From: Myxococcota bacterium
GTDB taxonomy: Bacteria > Myxococcota > XYA12-FULL-58-9 > JABJBS01
Direction of reading: 5' to 3'
Assembly (NCBI GenBank): GCA_036339465.1
Contig: JAYZAY010000033.1
Coordinates: forward strand, 1-64,000
DNA: 64,000 nucleotides
Position 1 is the stretch's first letter. Every line of letters begins with the position of its first letter. Of this stretch, positions 30,922 to 41,499 are shown in pieces. The position numbers and the translations under genes are program-made. The notes beneath the pieces are model-generated. The model did no database searches and was not told where the DNA came from. It saw only the letters and a list, made by a program, of their open reading frames with translations.

Positions 30922-32291
30922 GGGCGACTCCGCCAAAAAGCATTGGCCAAACGAGGTAGGCCATCCACCCCTATGGTAATCCCTTCCAAGGCAATATCCA
31001 CATCGTACCACCGCTCAACCGTAGCCATGGGAAAAACGAGTCCTCGTTTCAGCATCAACCTCTCCAGCTTGAGACTAAATTCCAAACGCAACTCAGGCTT
31101 TGAAGAAAGCAAGCCGGCAATCATGTCGTCGCTTAAAAGGTCGGTCTTCACCTCTTTTAAGTCACTCCAATAACCCACCAAATGGATCAGTGCCAAACTG
31201 GCCTCGGAACAAGGAAAGCGCCAACGCACCATTCGAAGATCGGCTCGTTGGTCGCCCGCAAGGGTACTCCCATCGAGATTCAACACAATATTCTTAGAGC
31301 GAAGAACCAGGCTGAGACGTTCAGCCAAGGCAGTCAATACCGGATCTGAGTCCTGAAACCGGAGAGTCAGACTGGGTGCTCCCAATGATAAATCGCGAAT
31401 CGATAAGGGAGAAACCCCTGCTTTCTTATCTTGGGGCAAAGGCCGGGCAGGCGCGATACCCATGGGCAAGAGAGAACGAGCTCTAAACCCACGACCTTCG
31501 GCATGGACCGCCATGAGAAGGTCCACTGCCATATAATCATGGAACAACTCTAAATTAGCCACAGCATTTTCAGACCACCGAAAAGGGGTAAGTGCACGGG
31601 CAGACCCCGAAGACACCAAAAAGATGGAATCCCCATAAGGCGCCACCAAGGCCTTCCTATTTCGGGAAAGCCTCACATTCCCAAGCTTGACATCCGCTTT
31701 TCCTTTTTCAGTAACAAAAAGAACACGCTCCACCAGAGGCGAAGGAACATACCCCTTCGTGGCCTTGGCCAATCGCTTGGGAGAAGCTTCCTTAAATACT
31801 CCAGCTTCTCCACTCGCAGCGCCCTTAGGCCCCAAACGACATCCCATCAATAGCTCCGGAAAAGGGCCAAAGGGCTGCTTAAATTCCACATGGATCTCAA
31901 GTTTTTCCATCCGCATATCGGGCCTCAGCCCGAGCACCTCCAAAACCTGACCTGGCCAAGACGCAACTGCGCTTCCCACAAACAAACATTCCCTCAAGGC
32001 ATCGTAGACGGATTTGGTATTCATGGTGGTTTGAACCACCCAATGTTTAAAGTTAGCTCTCGTGATCAGCTTTTTGACCACAACCGATCGCCCGACAGAA
32101 CTCTGCTCTTTTTGCAATAGCCCATCCGAATCCTCATCCAAAAGGGGGATGCTCGTAAGCACCTCCTTTAATCGTTGCTCCATAGGCTCCGGAAGGACAA
32201 TTCTTATGTCACCTCCTAATTCGGGTAGGCGGCGCCCGTGTAAAGGCGTAGGCACAAATAAAAGCCCTAAAACGAGACAATGCCACCTCAT
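30918..32291 (-). CDS. exported hypothetical protein, possibly family-5 solute-binding-protein-like
   Basis: Signal peptide followed by RRLPELGG.IRI; translationally coupled on both sides. SBP fold is inference. Confidence 0.6.
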   Translation of the reverse strand: MRWHCLVLGLLFVPTPLHGRRLPELGGDIRIVLPEPMEQRLKEVLTSIPLLDEDSDGLLQKEQSSVGRSVVVKKLITRANFKHWVVQTTMNTKSVYDALRECLFVGSAVASWPGQVLEVLGLRPDMRMEKLEIHVEFKQPFGPFPELLMGCRLGPKGAASGEAGVFKEASPKRLAKATKGYVPSPLVERVLFVTEKGKADVKLGNVRLSRNRKALVAPYGDSIFLVSSGSARALTPFRWSENAVANLELFHDYMAVDLLMAVHAEGRGFRARSLLPMGIAPARPLPQDKKAGVSPLSIRDLSLGAPSLTLRFQDSDPVLTALAERLSLVLRSKNIVLNLDGSTLAGDQRADLRMVRWRFPCSEASLALIHLVGYWSDLKEVKTDLLSDDMIAGLLSSKPELRLEFSLKLERLMLKRGLVFPMATVERWYDVDIALEGITIGVDGLPRLANAFWRSRP

Positions 32292-33643
32292 TATCGCGTC
32301 TCCAAAAGCCACAGGGAAGACTCAAAGCCAGGCTGCTCTTCAACCAAGAAAATGGCATCGGGAATGTCGGAAGGATTCACATAAGCCATAGAAGCAATGC
32401 TTCCCATGGTCATAGAACGCCGAAAGACCACCCGCCATTGCTGAGTTTCGCGGTCAACTCGCCTTACCTGAACTTGGTCCAATTCTCCCAGAAGCGCTGT
32501 GGTCGTAGTAACAATCTCAAAATCACCATCGCCGTCGAAGTCCGTCAGCCTAATCCGATCGCCCACAGCTTTTTCCAAAACCGTCACCAGCTTTCCGTCC
32601 ACTCCTTGCAACTGTAAAATTCCCTCGGAACTCACCCAGGCCCACCCCCTGTCATCGCGAGTCCCCGTGAAATCCCGAAATTGTTTAGGTAAACCCTTCA
32701 CCGATAGATTGACGCCCTCTTTGTTGAAAATAGGCCCTTGGAGATTGGGCGTCCCCTTAATAAATCTCGCACCAACATTTTCCAATTCCCCCGTCATCAT
32801 AGAGATGGTATCTAAAGTTACCACTGGTTCTCGCTCACGCTTAAAATCCTTCGTCGTCAAATGATAACGCCAACCATCACCTCGGTTGGTGGTGATCCTC
32901 AGAATATTTTCATCGACCAATCCCAAACGACCCGCCTGTATTCGGGGCCAAGGTTCTTTGGTCGGTAGAGCAATCGGTCCGCCTTCCAAAACCAAGTCTG
33001 GTTCCAAAATATCGTAGCGGTAGAAGCGAAGACCGTCTGTATGCAGAGTGATCAGTTCAACATCCGTCGCAGCCATTCCCGGAGCAATGGTAAACAAATC
33101 AAGCACACCATCGGGCAACTCACCGGCACGCTCGAATCGCCAACCCCGTCGTAGACCATTGCCATCGGGGATACCCAAATAGGTTTGAAGTTCCCTATCC
33201 ATTTTAGACGTTACCACAATGGGGATTGCCCCACCCGGCGAAACTTCGTTGAGCTCCCCCAAAAGCCACAGAGAACCTCGCTGTAAAGAGAGGGTTAAAC
33301 GGATACTTGCGGTGGCCTGACGAACAGGTTTGATGAGCCCGCCTCGATTCAACCGCTCGTTTAGTCGGGCCCGAAAGTACTTGTCTACTGCCCGAGGCTT
33401 AAGCCCCTTTCCAACTTTCGCGATGAGCCGGACAGGCCCTGTAAAGCCAGCCTCTGAAGCACGCTCTTCAAGACCCCAAGCAACTTTTTCCACAAAACGA
33501 ACGAGAGAACTGCCCTTCACAGAGCTCCCTTTTCCATAACAGGGCACCACGAACAAGACTGCAACGATCACGAAAATAGCGGTTCGGATTACCCGGCTCA
33601 GAGTATCTACAAAGAAAATTCTCACCATCCAAAAATAGTCCAA
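32291..33643 (-). CDS. exported hypothetical protein with FG-GAP-like motif
   Basis: Signal/anchor segment; DFDGDGDFEI Ca-binding-type motif; TAATG overlap. Start uncertain. Confidence 0.65.
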   Translation of the reverse strand: MDYFWMVRIFFVDTLSRVIRTAIFVIVAVLFVVPCYGKGSSVKGSSLVRFVEKVAWGLEERASEAGFTGPVRLIAKVGKGLKPRAVDKYFRARLNERLNRGGLIKPVRQATASIRLTLSLQRGSLWLLGELNEVSPGGAIPIVVTSKMDRELQTYLGIPDGNGLRRGWRFERAGELPDGVLDLFTIAPGMAATDVELITLHTDGLRFYRYDILEPDLVLEGGPIALPTKEPWPRIQAGRLGLVDENILRITTNRGDGWRYHLTTKDFKREREPVVTLDTISMMTGELENVGARFIKGTPNLQGPIFNKEGVNLSVKGLPKQFRDFTGTRDDRGWAWVSSEGILQLQGVDGKLVTVLEKAVGDRIRLTDFDGDGDFEIVTTTTALLGELDQVQVRRVDRETQQWRVVFRRSMTMGSIASMAYVNPSDIPDAIFLVEEQPGFESSLWLLETR

Positions 33644-33970
33644 GCAACAACAAGATTGAAGATTTTTCTTCAGCCAAACAGTCCTTTTGATGTTTGTTCT
33701 TCCCTCGACTTACTGGAAAATGTTTGAAAGTATGTTCTCAAACGAGGCGTATGCACTAGGGACAGTAGCACTGGGCAATTTATCCCACACCCCTTGGGCA
33801 CCGATCTGAACCTGCCCGAATTCTACAATGCACGCCCTGAAATTCAAACGTTCATGGGTCAACACAGACGTGGCCCGACGATTGCCTAAAAAGAAGGCAT
33901 CGTTCTTGGGGCTCTCCCCAAAAGAAAGCCAATGAGTCTCTGGCAGCGGGCCAAACCTTTTGGTCTAAAA

Positions 33971-34003
33971 ATGACGATGACGATGACGGTGACGATGACG
34001 ATG
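33971..34003. repeat. hexanucleotide microsatellite (ATGACG)x5
   Basis: atgacg atgacg atgacg gtgacg atgacg atg. Confidence 0.85.
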
Positions 34004-34129
34004 GCAATAAAAATGAGTTGGAATTGTTCCACGAGGGTGTTTCAAAAAGAGTGCCTCGTTGGATGGAAACTTGGAAGACTAGGAGGGGAGAAGCTTGCAT
34101 TCATCGAGGTGAATACAAAAGCAAGGGGG

Positions 34130-35260
34130 CTAGGGCCCGGCTGAAGGCCCGGTTGGAGCCCCAGCATCATATGCCTTTGAAATTAAAGCTGTGTCAGTCA
34201 AGCCATCCACTCGAGGCTCAGTGGTTTTAGTCTCCTCATCTCTAACCGTGTCCACAAAAGCGACCATGTACTGGGCGCGTTCATCATCGGTAAGCACCGC
34301 CAAAAGGCGATCTCGGTTCAGATTTGCTTTGACATATCCAATCTTCATAGCCGAAGCTGTCTCATAAGCAGCCAAAGCAGCCAACTGTTGACCGGAACGC
34401 TCATAAGCAAGTCCCAGATTGTTCAACATATAAGGTTTTGCTTGGGTTTGATTGGTTGCTACCTCGAAAGCATACACAGCCATATCATCCTCACCAACCT
34501 GAAGTGCTGCAAAGCCTAAATTATTATGGGCATGGATATCATCTGGACGAATTTCGATGGCTTTCTCAAAAGCATCGATCGCTTCTTTCCACATCTCAAG
34601 CTGGGAATAAGCACGCCCAATCAGGTAGTATCCACCATAAGCCCAAGGCTTCAGTGAACTCAAAGATGCAGCGTGACTGAGTGCAGCATCACCGTTGTTC
34701 TCATCCAGAAACAGGCGAGCCATCACCGCATGACTCTCAGCATGATTCGGATCTTTCTGAAGAGCCTGCTCGATACATTCAGCTCCGCGCGCCTTCTGTC
34801 CATTTCTAAGATAGGACTGACCCAATTTGGCCCAAACATCTGCATTTTGAGGCTGGCGATCAAGTGCTCGTCTGAAGGCGTTTACTGCTTCATCATATTT
34901 TCCGCGAATAAAAAAGTCCGTTCCCGCTTCGAGATAGTTGGTGCCATCATCTTCGTTGATGGCCAATATCTCTCTGTCTGCAAAACTTGGAGATTTTACC
35001 TCTATCACCGAACCATCTACCTCATAGATTACCGGCATAGAAATACCTGTCGAACTAAAAGGATCAAATAGCTCATCCACTTCCGCGTCGGTATCGGTAC
35101 CTTTTTCCTGGGCTGACTTAGGAATTTGAGATAACACCAATTCCTTGTCATTTTTCTCTGTCTTTTGGGTTATGGTTGCTGCGTCGTTGCTACAAGCAAT
35201 ACTTGCAACGAGAGCACTGCACACCATAGCTCCTACTACCGGTCTCTTTAACTTCCACAT
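34130..35260 (-). CDS. TPR-repeat lipoprotein
   Basis: GGAGG RBS before ATG 35260; lipobox SIAC; multiple TPRs (AHNNLGFA, MLNNLGLAY). Confidence 0.85.
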   Translation of the reverse strand: MWKLKRPVVGAMVCSALVASIACSNDAATITQKTEKNDKELVLSQIPKSAQEKGTDTDAEVDELFDPFSSTGISMPVIYEVDGSVIEVKSPSFADREILAINEDDGTNYLEAGTDFFIRGKYDEAVNAFRRALDRQPQNADVWAKLGQSYLRNGQKARGAECIEQALQKDPNHAESHAVMARLFLDENNGDAALSHAASLSSLKPWAYGGYYLIGRAYSQLEMWKEAIDAFEKAIEIRPDDIHAHNNLGFAALQVGEDDMAVYAFEVATNQTQAKPYMLNNLGLAYERSGQQLAALAAYETASAMKIGYVKANLNRDRLLAVLTDDERAQYMVAFVDTVRDEETKTTEPRVDGLTDTALISKAYDAGAPTGPSAGP

Positions 35261-35302
35261 CGTATCCTCCATAGGGGGTTAATAGGTTCTGTGAAAGTTA
35301 AT

Positions 35303-35319
35303 TACAGGAAACGTGCCAA
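35303..35319 (-). promoter_or_regulatory. putative sigma-54 promoter of the TPR lipoprotein gene
   Basis: Minus strand TTGGCACGTTTCCTGTA: perfect -24 TGGCACG, variant -12 CTGT at correct spacing. Confidence 0.65.
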
Positions 35320-35366
35320 GCTATACTTCGAACAAAATCCATCACTTAAAAAAAGAATCCGTCAAA

Positions 35367-35418
35367 TGTGTCTCAGAAGACACAATGGGAAGAAGCGGGC
35401 TGTGTCTAGGAAGACACA
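35367..35418. promoter_or_regulatory. paired palindromic enhancer (UAS) boxes TGTGTCT-N4-AGACACA
   Basis: Perfect 7-bp inverted repeats at 35367-35384 and 35401-35418, 34 bp apart, upstream of the sigma-54 motif. Confidence 0.7.
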
Positions 35419-35422
35419 ATCC

Positions 35423-36784
35423 TTAGGGATACCGTTCTATCTGTAGAAAACGCATTTTCTTATACAAATGGCTGCGTTCTAGCCCCAAATCCTGCGCTGC
35501 CTTGGCAACCTTACCGTCGAATTTCTTAAGGCGTTTTTCGATGACCTCTCTCTCAAAGGTCTCCAACAAAGCGTAGAGTGCCCCCTCCTCAGGAGCATCC
35601 ATCTCTACATGGACAGACGCCCCCCCTGGCAACGCTTGCTTGACTGCTTCTACGTCAATAAGCGGACCCGGATTCATGATCGCAAGACGCGTGACAGTAT
35701 GAGAAAGTTCCCGAATATTACCTGGCCAATCGTACTTCTCTAAAGCAATAAAAGAATCATCGGAAAAATGTTTTTCCCCTAACTCGTTTTCACGACAGGC
35801 AGCTCCTAATAGAAAAGACGCCAATTCAGAAACATCTTCCTTGCGTGCCCTCAAGGACGGCACCACCAAAGGTATCACATTGAGTCGATAGTATAGATCT
35901 TCACGAAAACGCCCTTGGGCCACTTCTTCTTGGAGGTTGCGGTTGGTAGCAGCAATTACGCGAACATTGACCGGGATCGGCGCTTTTCCTCCAACCCGTT
36001 CTAGCTCCCCCTCCTGCAAAACTCGAAGTAAACGGGGTTGGACACTCAAAGGCATCTCCCCGATTTCGTCTAGAAAAAGAGTTCCGCTATCGGCGCGTTC
36101 GAACTTACCGATATATCGACGCTCGGCACCTGTAAATGCGCCTTTCTCGTGCCCAAAGAGTTCAGATTCCACAAGATTCTCCGGAATAGCTGCACAATTA
36201 ACCTTGATAAAATCTGCACCACTTCGAGGTGACATTTCATGGATAGCTTGAGCCACGAGTTCCTTACCGACCCCGCTTTGTCCCGAAATGAGTACGCGCG
36301 CCTTGGTCGGCGCCGCTTGATGAATTTCTTGGATCAGTTTTTTCAAGGCCGGTGATGAGCCCACCATCCCATGACGGCGCTCTACCGAACGTTGCATCGC
36401 GTGGCAAGTTTGGTCCAATTCCACCAGACGTAGGGCATTCCTTAAGGTCAGAGCCACCCGATCCACCGCCACGGGCTTTTCAATGAAATCCACCGCACCA
36501 AGTTTCACAGCCTCCATCGCCACTTCAAGGGTACCATGACCACTCATCATCACAATAACCGGTTGATGCTCTAAGCCCTTGACCTTAATCAACACCTCAA
36601 GACCAGTACCATCACCTAATTTGAGGTCCAATAAAACCAATTCAGGACAATGCACCGATATTTTCTCTACTCCTTCCGCACAGGAAAAGGCATGCAACAC
36701 TTCAAACCCTTCAAGCTCTAGCCCCCGTCCCAGGGTTGTATGTATATTTTTTTCGTCGTCGATAATTAGAAGCTTTTTCGCCAT
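35423..36784 (-). CDS. sigma-54-dependent response regulator (NtrC/NtrX family)
   Basis: Receiver domain (IIDDE, LLD, MSGHG, EKP), GQSGVGKE, GAFTGA, WPGNIREL, HTH LERSHLYKKM. Confidence 0.94.
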   Translation of the reverse strand: MAKKLLIIDDEKNIHTTLGRGLELEGFEVLHAFSCAEGVEKISVHCPELVLLDLKLGDGTGLEVLIKVKGLEHQPVIVMMSGHGTLEVAMEAVKLGAVDFIEKPVAVDRVALTLRNALRLVELDQTCHAMQRSVERRHGMVGSSPALKKLIQEIHQAAPTKARVLISGQSGVGKELVAQAIHEMSPRSGADFIKVNCAAIPENLVESELFGHEKGAFTGAERRYIGKFERADSGTLFLDEIGEMPLSVQPRLLRVLQEGELERVGGKAPIPVNVRVIAATNRNLQEEVAQGRFREDLYYRLNVIPLVVPSLRARKEDVSELASFLLGAACRENELGEKHFSDDSFIALEKYDWPGNIRELSHTVTRLAIMNPGPLIDVEAVKQALPGGASVHVEMDAPEEGALYALLETFEREVIEKRLKKFDGKVAKAAQDLGLERSHLYKKMRFLQIERYP

Positions 36785-37196
36785 GATATCACTTTGCTTG
36801 CTATACCAGTTCGAATCAACCCCAAAAGAATTCCCCTATGGAGTCCCGAAGCTGGTTGGTTTAAATGAACACCCGGTAAGTAATTGCGCCGCAAATTAAT
36901 ATTGTGACCAAATCCATAGTAATAAAGCCTCACAGTCATGAGAAGGTAGGACACATCATGAGGCTTTAAGCTCTCTTAGACGGTTTTGATCCAATTTTGA
37001 TTCAACAAATTCACACGCTCAAAAACATAGAACACAAAAAAGTCTGTTCATTCATCGGCGAGTTGACTGCAATAATATCAAAAAGAAAAGCCCGTATCAT
37101 AACGAGATATTGTTGACAGACAAGTCTCCCATTCCTTCACGACCTTTTACAATATTGTCCATTGCACATTGCAACTGAACATCGTAAAAATAAGTT

Positions 37197-38276
37197 ATGA
37201 TAGGAATAGGCCGATACTGGATACTTCTGTTTACGGGGATTATAGGTGTTTGTTTTTACTTCCCTGCCCAAGCTCATCGCATGGGTCGGAGCTTTTCAAA
37301 TATACAAGTCAACGATGCTGGCGTCGAGGGCGTAACCTACTTCGATGCCAATGACGCCCTTCCAAGCCAACCATGGTACGAACAAACAACGACCGACATC
37401 TTAGACAGCGCTGCGATCGAGGCTGCTCGGTTTCAGGTTGCTCAGTGGCTGACTGAAAATCTGATTCTGCGACGGGGGTGGAAGCAGTGCCCCCCACAAG
37501 TCAACGATATTACCATCACCGACAAGCCCAAGGTCGTGCGTGTTGATATATATTACGACTGTCCCAGTGAAGGTCCGATTACCATCGTCGGAAAACTCCT
37601 CGAAAAAACACGTGAGGGCCATCTCCATACCATCACCCTCCGACGAGGAGACCAGGAAAAACAGGTCCACGTCCTAACCCAAAGCAGCATTCGCTTCGAA
37701 GAAACGCGACCCATTTCCTTATTGGAAACCTTCGCCGCCTTCACTCCCATCGGAATAGAACACATCGCCATTGGCTTTGACCATATCCTTTTTCTCGCCG
37801 CCCTGCTCTTGGCCTTAGCAACCTGGTACGACTTGCTCTGGGTCGTCACCGCCTTCACCCTCGCACACTCCGTAACCCTTTCTATGGCCGCGCTGGATAT
37901 CATCCGGTTTTCATCCGAATGGGTAGAACCTCTCATCGCCCTTTCGGTAATCGTGGCCGCCCTCGAAAATCTCCGCTGCTCCAATCCGAGGTCCAGAAAA
38001 GTTATTGCTCTAGCCCTCGGACTCCTCCACGGCTTTGGTTTTGCCGGCGTTCTAGGAGAAATTGGGCTCCCTCAGGATGGGAAACTCAGTGCCCTCATTG
38101 GCTTCAATCTTGGGGTGGAAATGGGTCAACTCCTGATCGCCCTGGCTATTTTCCCCATTCTCCTTCGACTTCGTCACCAAAAAACCTTTTCCTACGAAAC
38201 CACCGTGCTAAAGGGTGGTAGTCTGGTTATCGCAGCCGTTGGCTGCGTCTGGTTGGTGGAGCGCTTAGTAAGCTAG
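37197..38276 (+). CDS. HupE/UreJ family membrane protein
   Basis: Signal ending AQAH; GIEHI..GFDHILF, TAFTLAHSVTL, GLLHGFGFA, FNLGVE.GQ. Confidence 0.88.
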   Translation: MIGIGRYWILLFTGIIGVCFYFPAQAHRMGRSFSNIQVNDAGVEGVTYFDANDALPSQPWYEQTTTDILDSAAIEAARFQVAQWLTENLILRRGWKQCPPQVNDITITDKPKVVRVDIYYDCPSEGPITIVGKLLEKTREGHLHTITLRRGDQEKQVHVLTQSSIRFEETRPISLLETFAAFTPIGIEHIAIGFDHILFLAALLLALATWYDLLWVVTAFTLAHSVTLSMAALDIIRFSSEWVEPLIALSVIVAALENLRCSNPRSRKVIALALGLLHGFGFAGVLGEIGLPQDGKLSALIGFNLGVEMGQLLIALAIFPILLRLRHQKTFSYETTVLKGGSLVIAAVGCVWLVERLVS

Positions 38277-38328
38277 CTGTGGCTCCCAAAAATGCTAAAC
38301 GTAGATCAAAAGAGCAAGAGCAAAAGCA

Positions 38329-41300
38329 ATGCAGAAACGACGGGGAACGGTGAAAACAAATCCAAAAATTGGGGATGAGCGATTCGATCCCATCCGAGAA
38401 ATCCGAGTCCGAGGCGCCAAAGAGCATAACCTCAAGAATGTGGATGTCGATATTCCCCGGGATCGATTGGTGGTCATCACCGGACTCTCCGGCTCAGGAA
38501 AATCCTCGCTCGCCTTCGACACCATTTTTGCCGAGGGCCAGCGCAAGTATATGGAATCCCTTTCTGCTTATGCTCGGCAATTCTTAGACCAGCAGAAAAA
38601 GCCTGATATCGAGAGCATTGAGGGCCTCCCACCCACCATTGCCATTGAGCAACGAAACACCGGTCATACACCACGTTCCACAGTCGCCACCACCACAGAA
38701 ATCAACGATTACCTTCGTCTACTCTTTGCGAGGATTGGAAAACCCCGTTGCTGGTTCCCAATAAAACAGACCAAGCAAAAACGGGCGAAAGAACGTTGTA
38801 ATCAAATCATATCCGGTGCGGAGCCCAGTCAGATTACTGACACCGTCGTCGACTGGGAGATGGGTACAAAACTCCTCGTCCTTGCTCCAATTATCCGCGA
38901 CCGCAAAGGCCACCACAAAGAGGTGGCAGAAAACCTTCTCAAAGAAGGATTCATTCGCGCAAGGGTCAATGGAGAAATCATTCAACTCGACCAAGCACTC
39001 GTTGGAAGCGGTGAAAACCCACTTAACCTCGGGCGCTATGAAAAACATTCCATTGAAGCGGTCGTCGACCGCCTTGTCGCTAAACCAGGAATCGAACAAC
39101 GTCTCTCCGATTCCATCCAGATCGCACTGAAATTGGGCAATGGGGTCGTCATCATCACCCGACAAGATTTGAACGAGGCCTGGACCAACGACACCCTCTT
39201 TTCAGAGCACTTCTCCTGCGCACTCCACCCAGACATCGCCCTCGAAGAGCTGGAACCCCGATTGTTCTCATTTAACGCTCATCAGGGCGCCTGCCCCAGG
39301 TGCCAAGGGTTGGGCACCCTGCTAGAATTCGACGAAGAGCTTGTGCTCGAGGATCAAGAAAAGCCGGTTGGAAAAGGTGGTATCGCCCCTTGGAAGCGTA
39401 ATGGCCCGGGGGGATTATTTAGCCGCCCCTTCGTACGGCGCTTTTGCAGCATTTATGGTATTGACCGCATGGAACCCGTGTCCAATTTCGACGCCGAACT
39501 CAAGGAAGCTCTTCTTTACGGAGAAGATGATACCGGCTGGGAAGGCGTGCTTCCCCTTTTACAAAAGTGGTTTGAAAATACCGATTCCGATTGGGCCAAG
39601 GAGTTCCTCCACCAGTTTATGAGTGAGCATCACTGTGAACTTTGCGACGGCGACCGACTGAATATTCAAGCTCAATCGGTCTTTGTCGAGGTAGCCAAGG
39701 AACTTCCAGCAGAGATTCTCAAGGCCCGTCTGAACCACGGCCTAAGTCAGGACTCTTGCTTACTCAATATCTCAGATTTTAGTCGTCTCAATATAAAAAT
39801 CGCCCTTGAAGTCATCCAATCCATGAAACTCACTCAAGAATCGGAAAAAATTGCCCGCCCCATCGTCCGAGAAGTCAAAGCCCGCCTAGAATTCCTTGCC
39901 TCCGTAGGACTTGAATACCTCACCTTAGACCGCCGGACCAATTCTCTATCAGGCGGCGAGGCCCAACGCATACGCCTTGCAACCCAGGTTGGATCGGGAA
40001 TCGTCGGCGCGGCGTATATCCTCGATGAGCCCACCATTGGACTGCACTCCAGAGACAACGACCGTCTCATTAAGACCCTTCGTCACTTAGCAGACATCGG
40101 AAACTCCGTTCTCATCGTAGAACACGACGAGGAAGTTATTCTCGCTGCCGACCACGTCATCGACATAGGCCCTGGCCCCGGTGTACATGGGGGAGAGATT
40201 GTAGCCCAAGGCAATATTGCCGATATCTGCGAAGCTCCCAACTCCGAAACAGGTAAGTATCTATCTGGGAAGAAATCCATTCATGCACCAAAGCCAAGCG
40301 AACGTCGAAAATTAACGACCCGTAAAGCACTAACGGTGCACGGAGCGAAAGAAAACAATCTAAAATCCATCAAAGCCCAATTTCCACTTGGTGGATTGAT
40401 TTGCGTTACCGGTGTTTCTGGTTCTGGAAAATCCACTTTGGTCAATGATATTCTTCTGAAGTCCGTGCGTAAAAATCTGCATCAGAGCAAAGTGAAACCT
40501 GGCTTCCACCAGAAGGTGACTGGCCTTCAGTATATCAGTCGTATCATAGAAGTAGACCAGTCTCCCATTGGTCGAACACCCCGCTCAAACCCCGCCACCT
40601 ATACCAACATGTTCGACCCAATTCGAAAACTCTTTACCATGACATCGGAATCTAGGCAGCGAGGCTATCAACCGGGTCGGTTTTCCTTCAATGTTAAAGG
40701 AGGCCGATGCGAAGCCTGTCAGGGCCAAGGCGTTAAGAAAATAGAGATGCATTTTCTTCCTGATGTCTTTGTCGAGTGCGAGATCTGCAGGGGCGCTCGC
40801 TACAATCGGGAAACCCTTGAGATAAAATATAGAGATTCCACCATCGCAGATGTGCTCAACATGACGGTGGAAGATGCCTGTAACTTCTTTGACGCACATC
40901 CCAAAGTAAAACAAATGGCCAACTGCCTTCATGCGGTAGGCCTTGACTACATCACCTTGGGCCAACCTTCAACCACGCTCAGCGGTGGGGAAGCCCAACG
41001 CGTGAAGCTCGCATCTGAATTGGGAAAGGGAGATCCGCTTAGACGAAAGGAATCCGACCACACACTCTATATCCTCGATGAGCCCACCACTGGACTCCAT
41101 TTCGCAGATGTGCACAAACTCATTGATGTCATGAATCGTCTCGTGGACCAAGGAAATACCATGGTGGTCATCGAACATAACCTCGACGTCATTAAGAATG
41201 CGGATTGGGTTATCGATCTGGGACCCGAGGGCGGTGACAAGGGCGGTGAGATTGTAGCCTGCGGAACCCCCGAAGAAGTGGCCGAAACCAAAGGTAGTTT

Positions 41301-41331
41301 TACCGCCACTTACCTCAGAGAACTTCTTTAA
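38329..41331 (+). CDS. uvrA: excinuclease ABC subunit A
   Basis: Two ABC modules ([24 protein letters not shown] x2), Zn fingers. Start may be GTG 38350. Confidence 0.97.
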   Translation: MQKRRGTVKTNPKIGDERFDPIREIRVRGAKEHNLKNVDVDIPRDRLVVITGLSGSGKSSLAFDTIFAEGQRKYMESLSAYARQFLDQQKKPDIESIEGLPPTIAIEQRNTGHTPRSTVATTTEINDYLRLLFARIGKPRCWFPIKQTKQKRAKERCNQIISGAEPSQITDTVVDWEMGTKLLVLAPIIRDRKGHHKEVAENLLKEGFIRARVNGEIIQLDQALVGSGENPLNLGRYEKHSIEAVVDRLVAKPGIEQRLSDSIQIALKLGNGVVIITRQDLNEAWTNDTLFSEHFSCALHPDIALEELEPRLFSFNAHQGACPRCQGLGTLLEFDEELVLEDQEKPVGKGGIAPWKRNGPGGLFSRPFVRRFCSIYGIDRMEPVSNFDAELKEALLYGEDDTGWEGVLPLLQKWFENTDSDWAKEFLHQFMSEHHCELCDGDRLNIQAQSVFVEVAKELPAEILKARLNHGLSQDSCLLNISDFSRLNIKIALEVIQSMKLTQESEKIARPIVREVKARLEFLASVGLEYLTLDRRTNSLSGGEAQRIRLATQVGSGIVGAAYILDEPTIGLHSRDNDRLIKTLRHLADIGNSVLIVEHDEEVILAADHVIDIGPGPGVHGGEIVAQGNIADICEAPNSETGKYLSGKKSIHAPKPSERRKLTTRKALTVHGAKENNLKSIKAQFPLGGLICVTGVSGSGKSTLVNDILLKSVRKNLHQSKVKPGFHQKVTGLQYISRIIEVDQSPIGRTPRSNPATYTNMFDPIRKLFTMTSESRQRGYQPGRFSFNVKGGRCEACQGQGVKKIEMHFLPDVFVECEICRGARYNRETLEIKYRDSTIADVLNMTVEDACNFFDAHPKVKQMANCLHAVGLDYITLGQPSTTLSGGEAQRVKLASELGKGDPLRRKESDHTLYILDEPTTGLHFADVHKLIDVMNRLVDQGNTMVVIEHNLDVIKNADWVIDLGPEGGDKGGEIVACGTPEEVAETKGSFTATYLRELL

Positions 41332-41499
41332 TCAAAGTACCATAGCTCCCGTCGCTAAAGCCCCCTTAGAACACGACTCCCAGCTAGAGAACAATGGGGA
41401 TTCACTCAATAAGAGCTTATGCTTAGGGACAAGAGTTCACCCTGAAAAGGATGCATGCAGGCATTTTCCTGAATGGGGGCCCCAGAAAGGACCAGAAAG

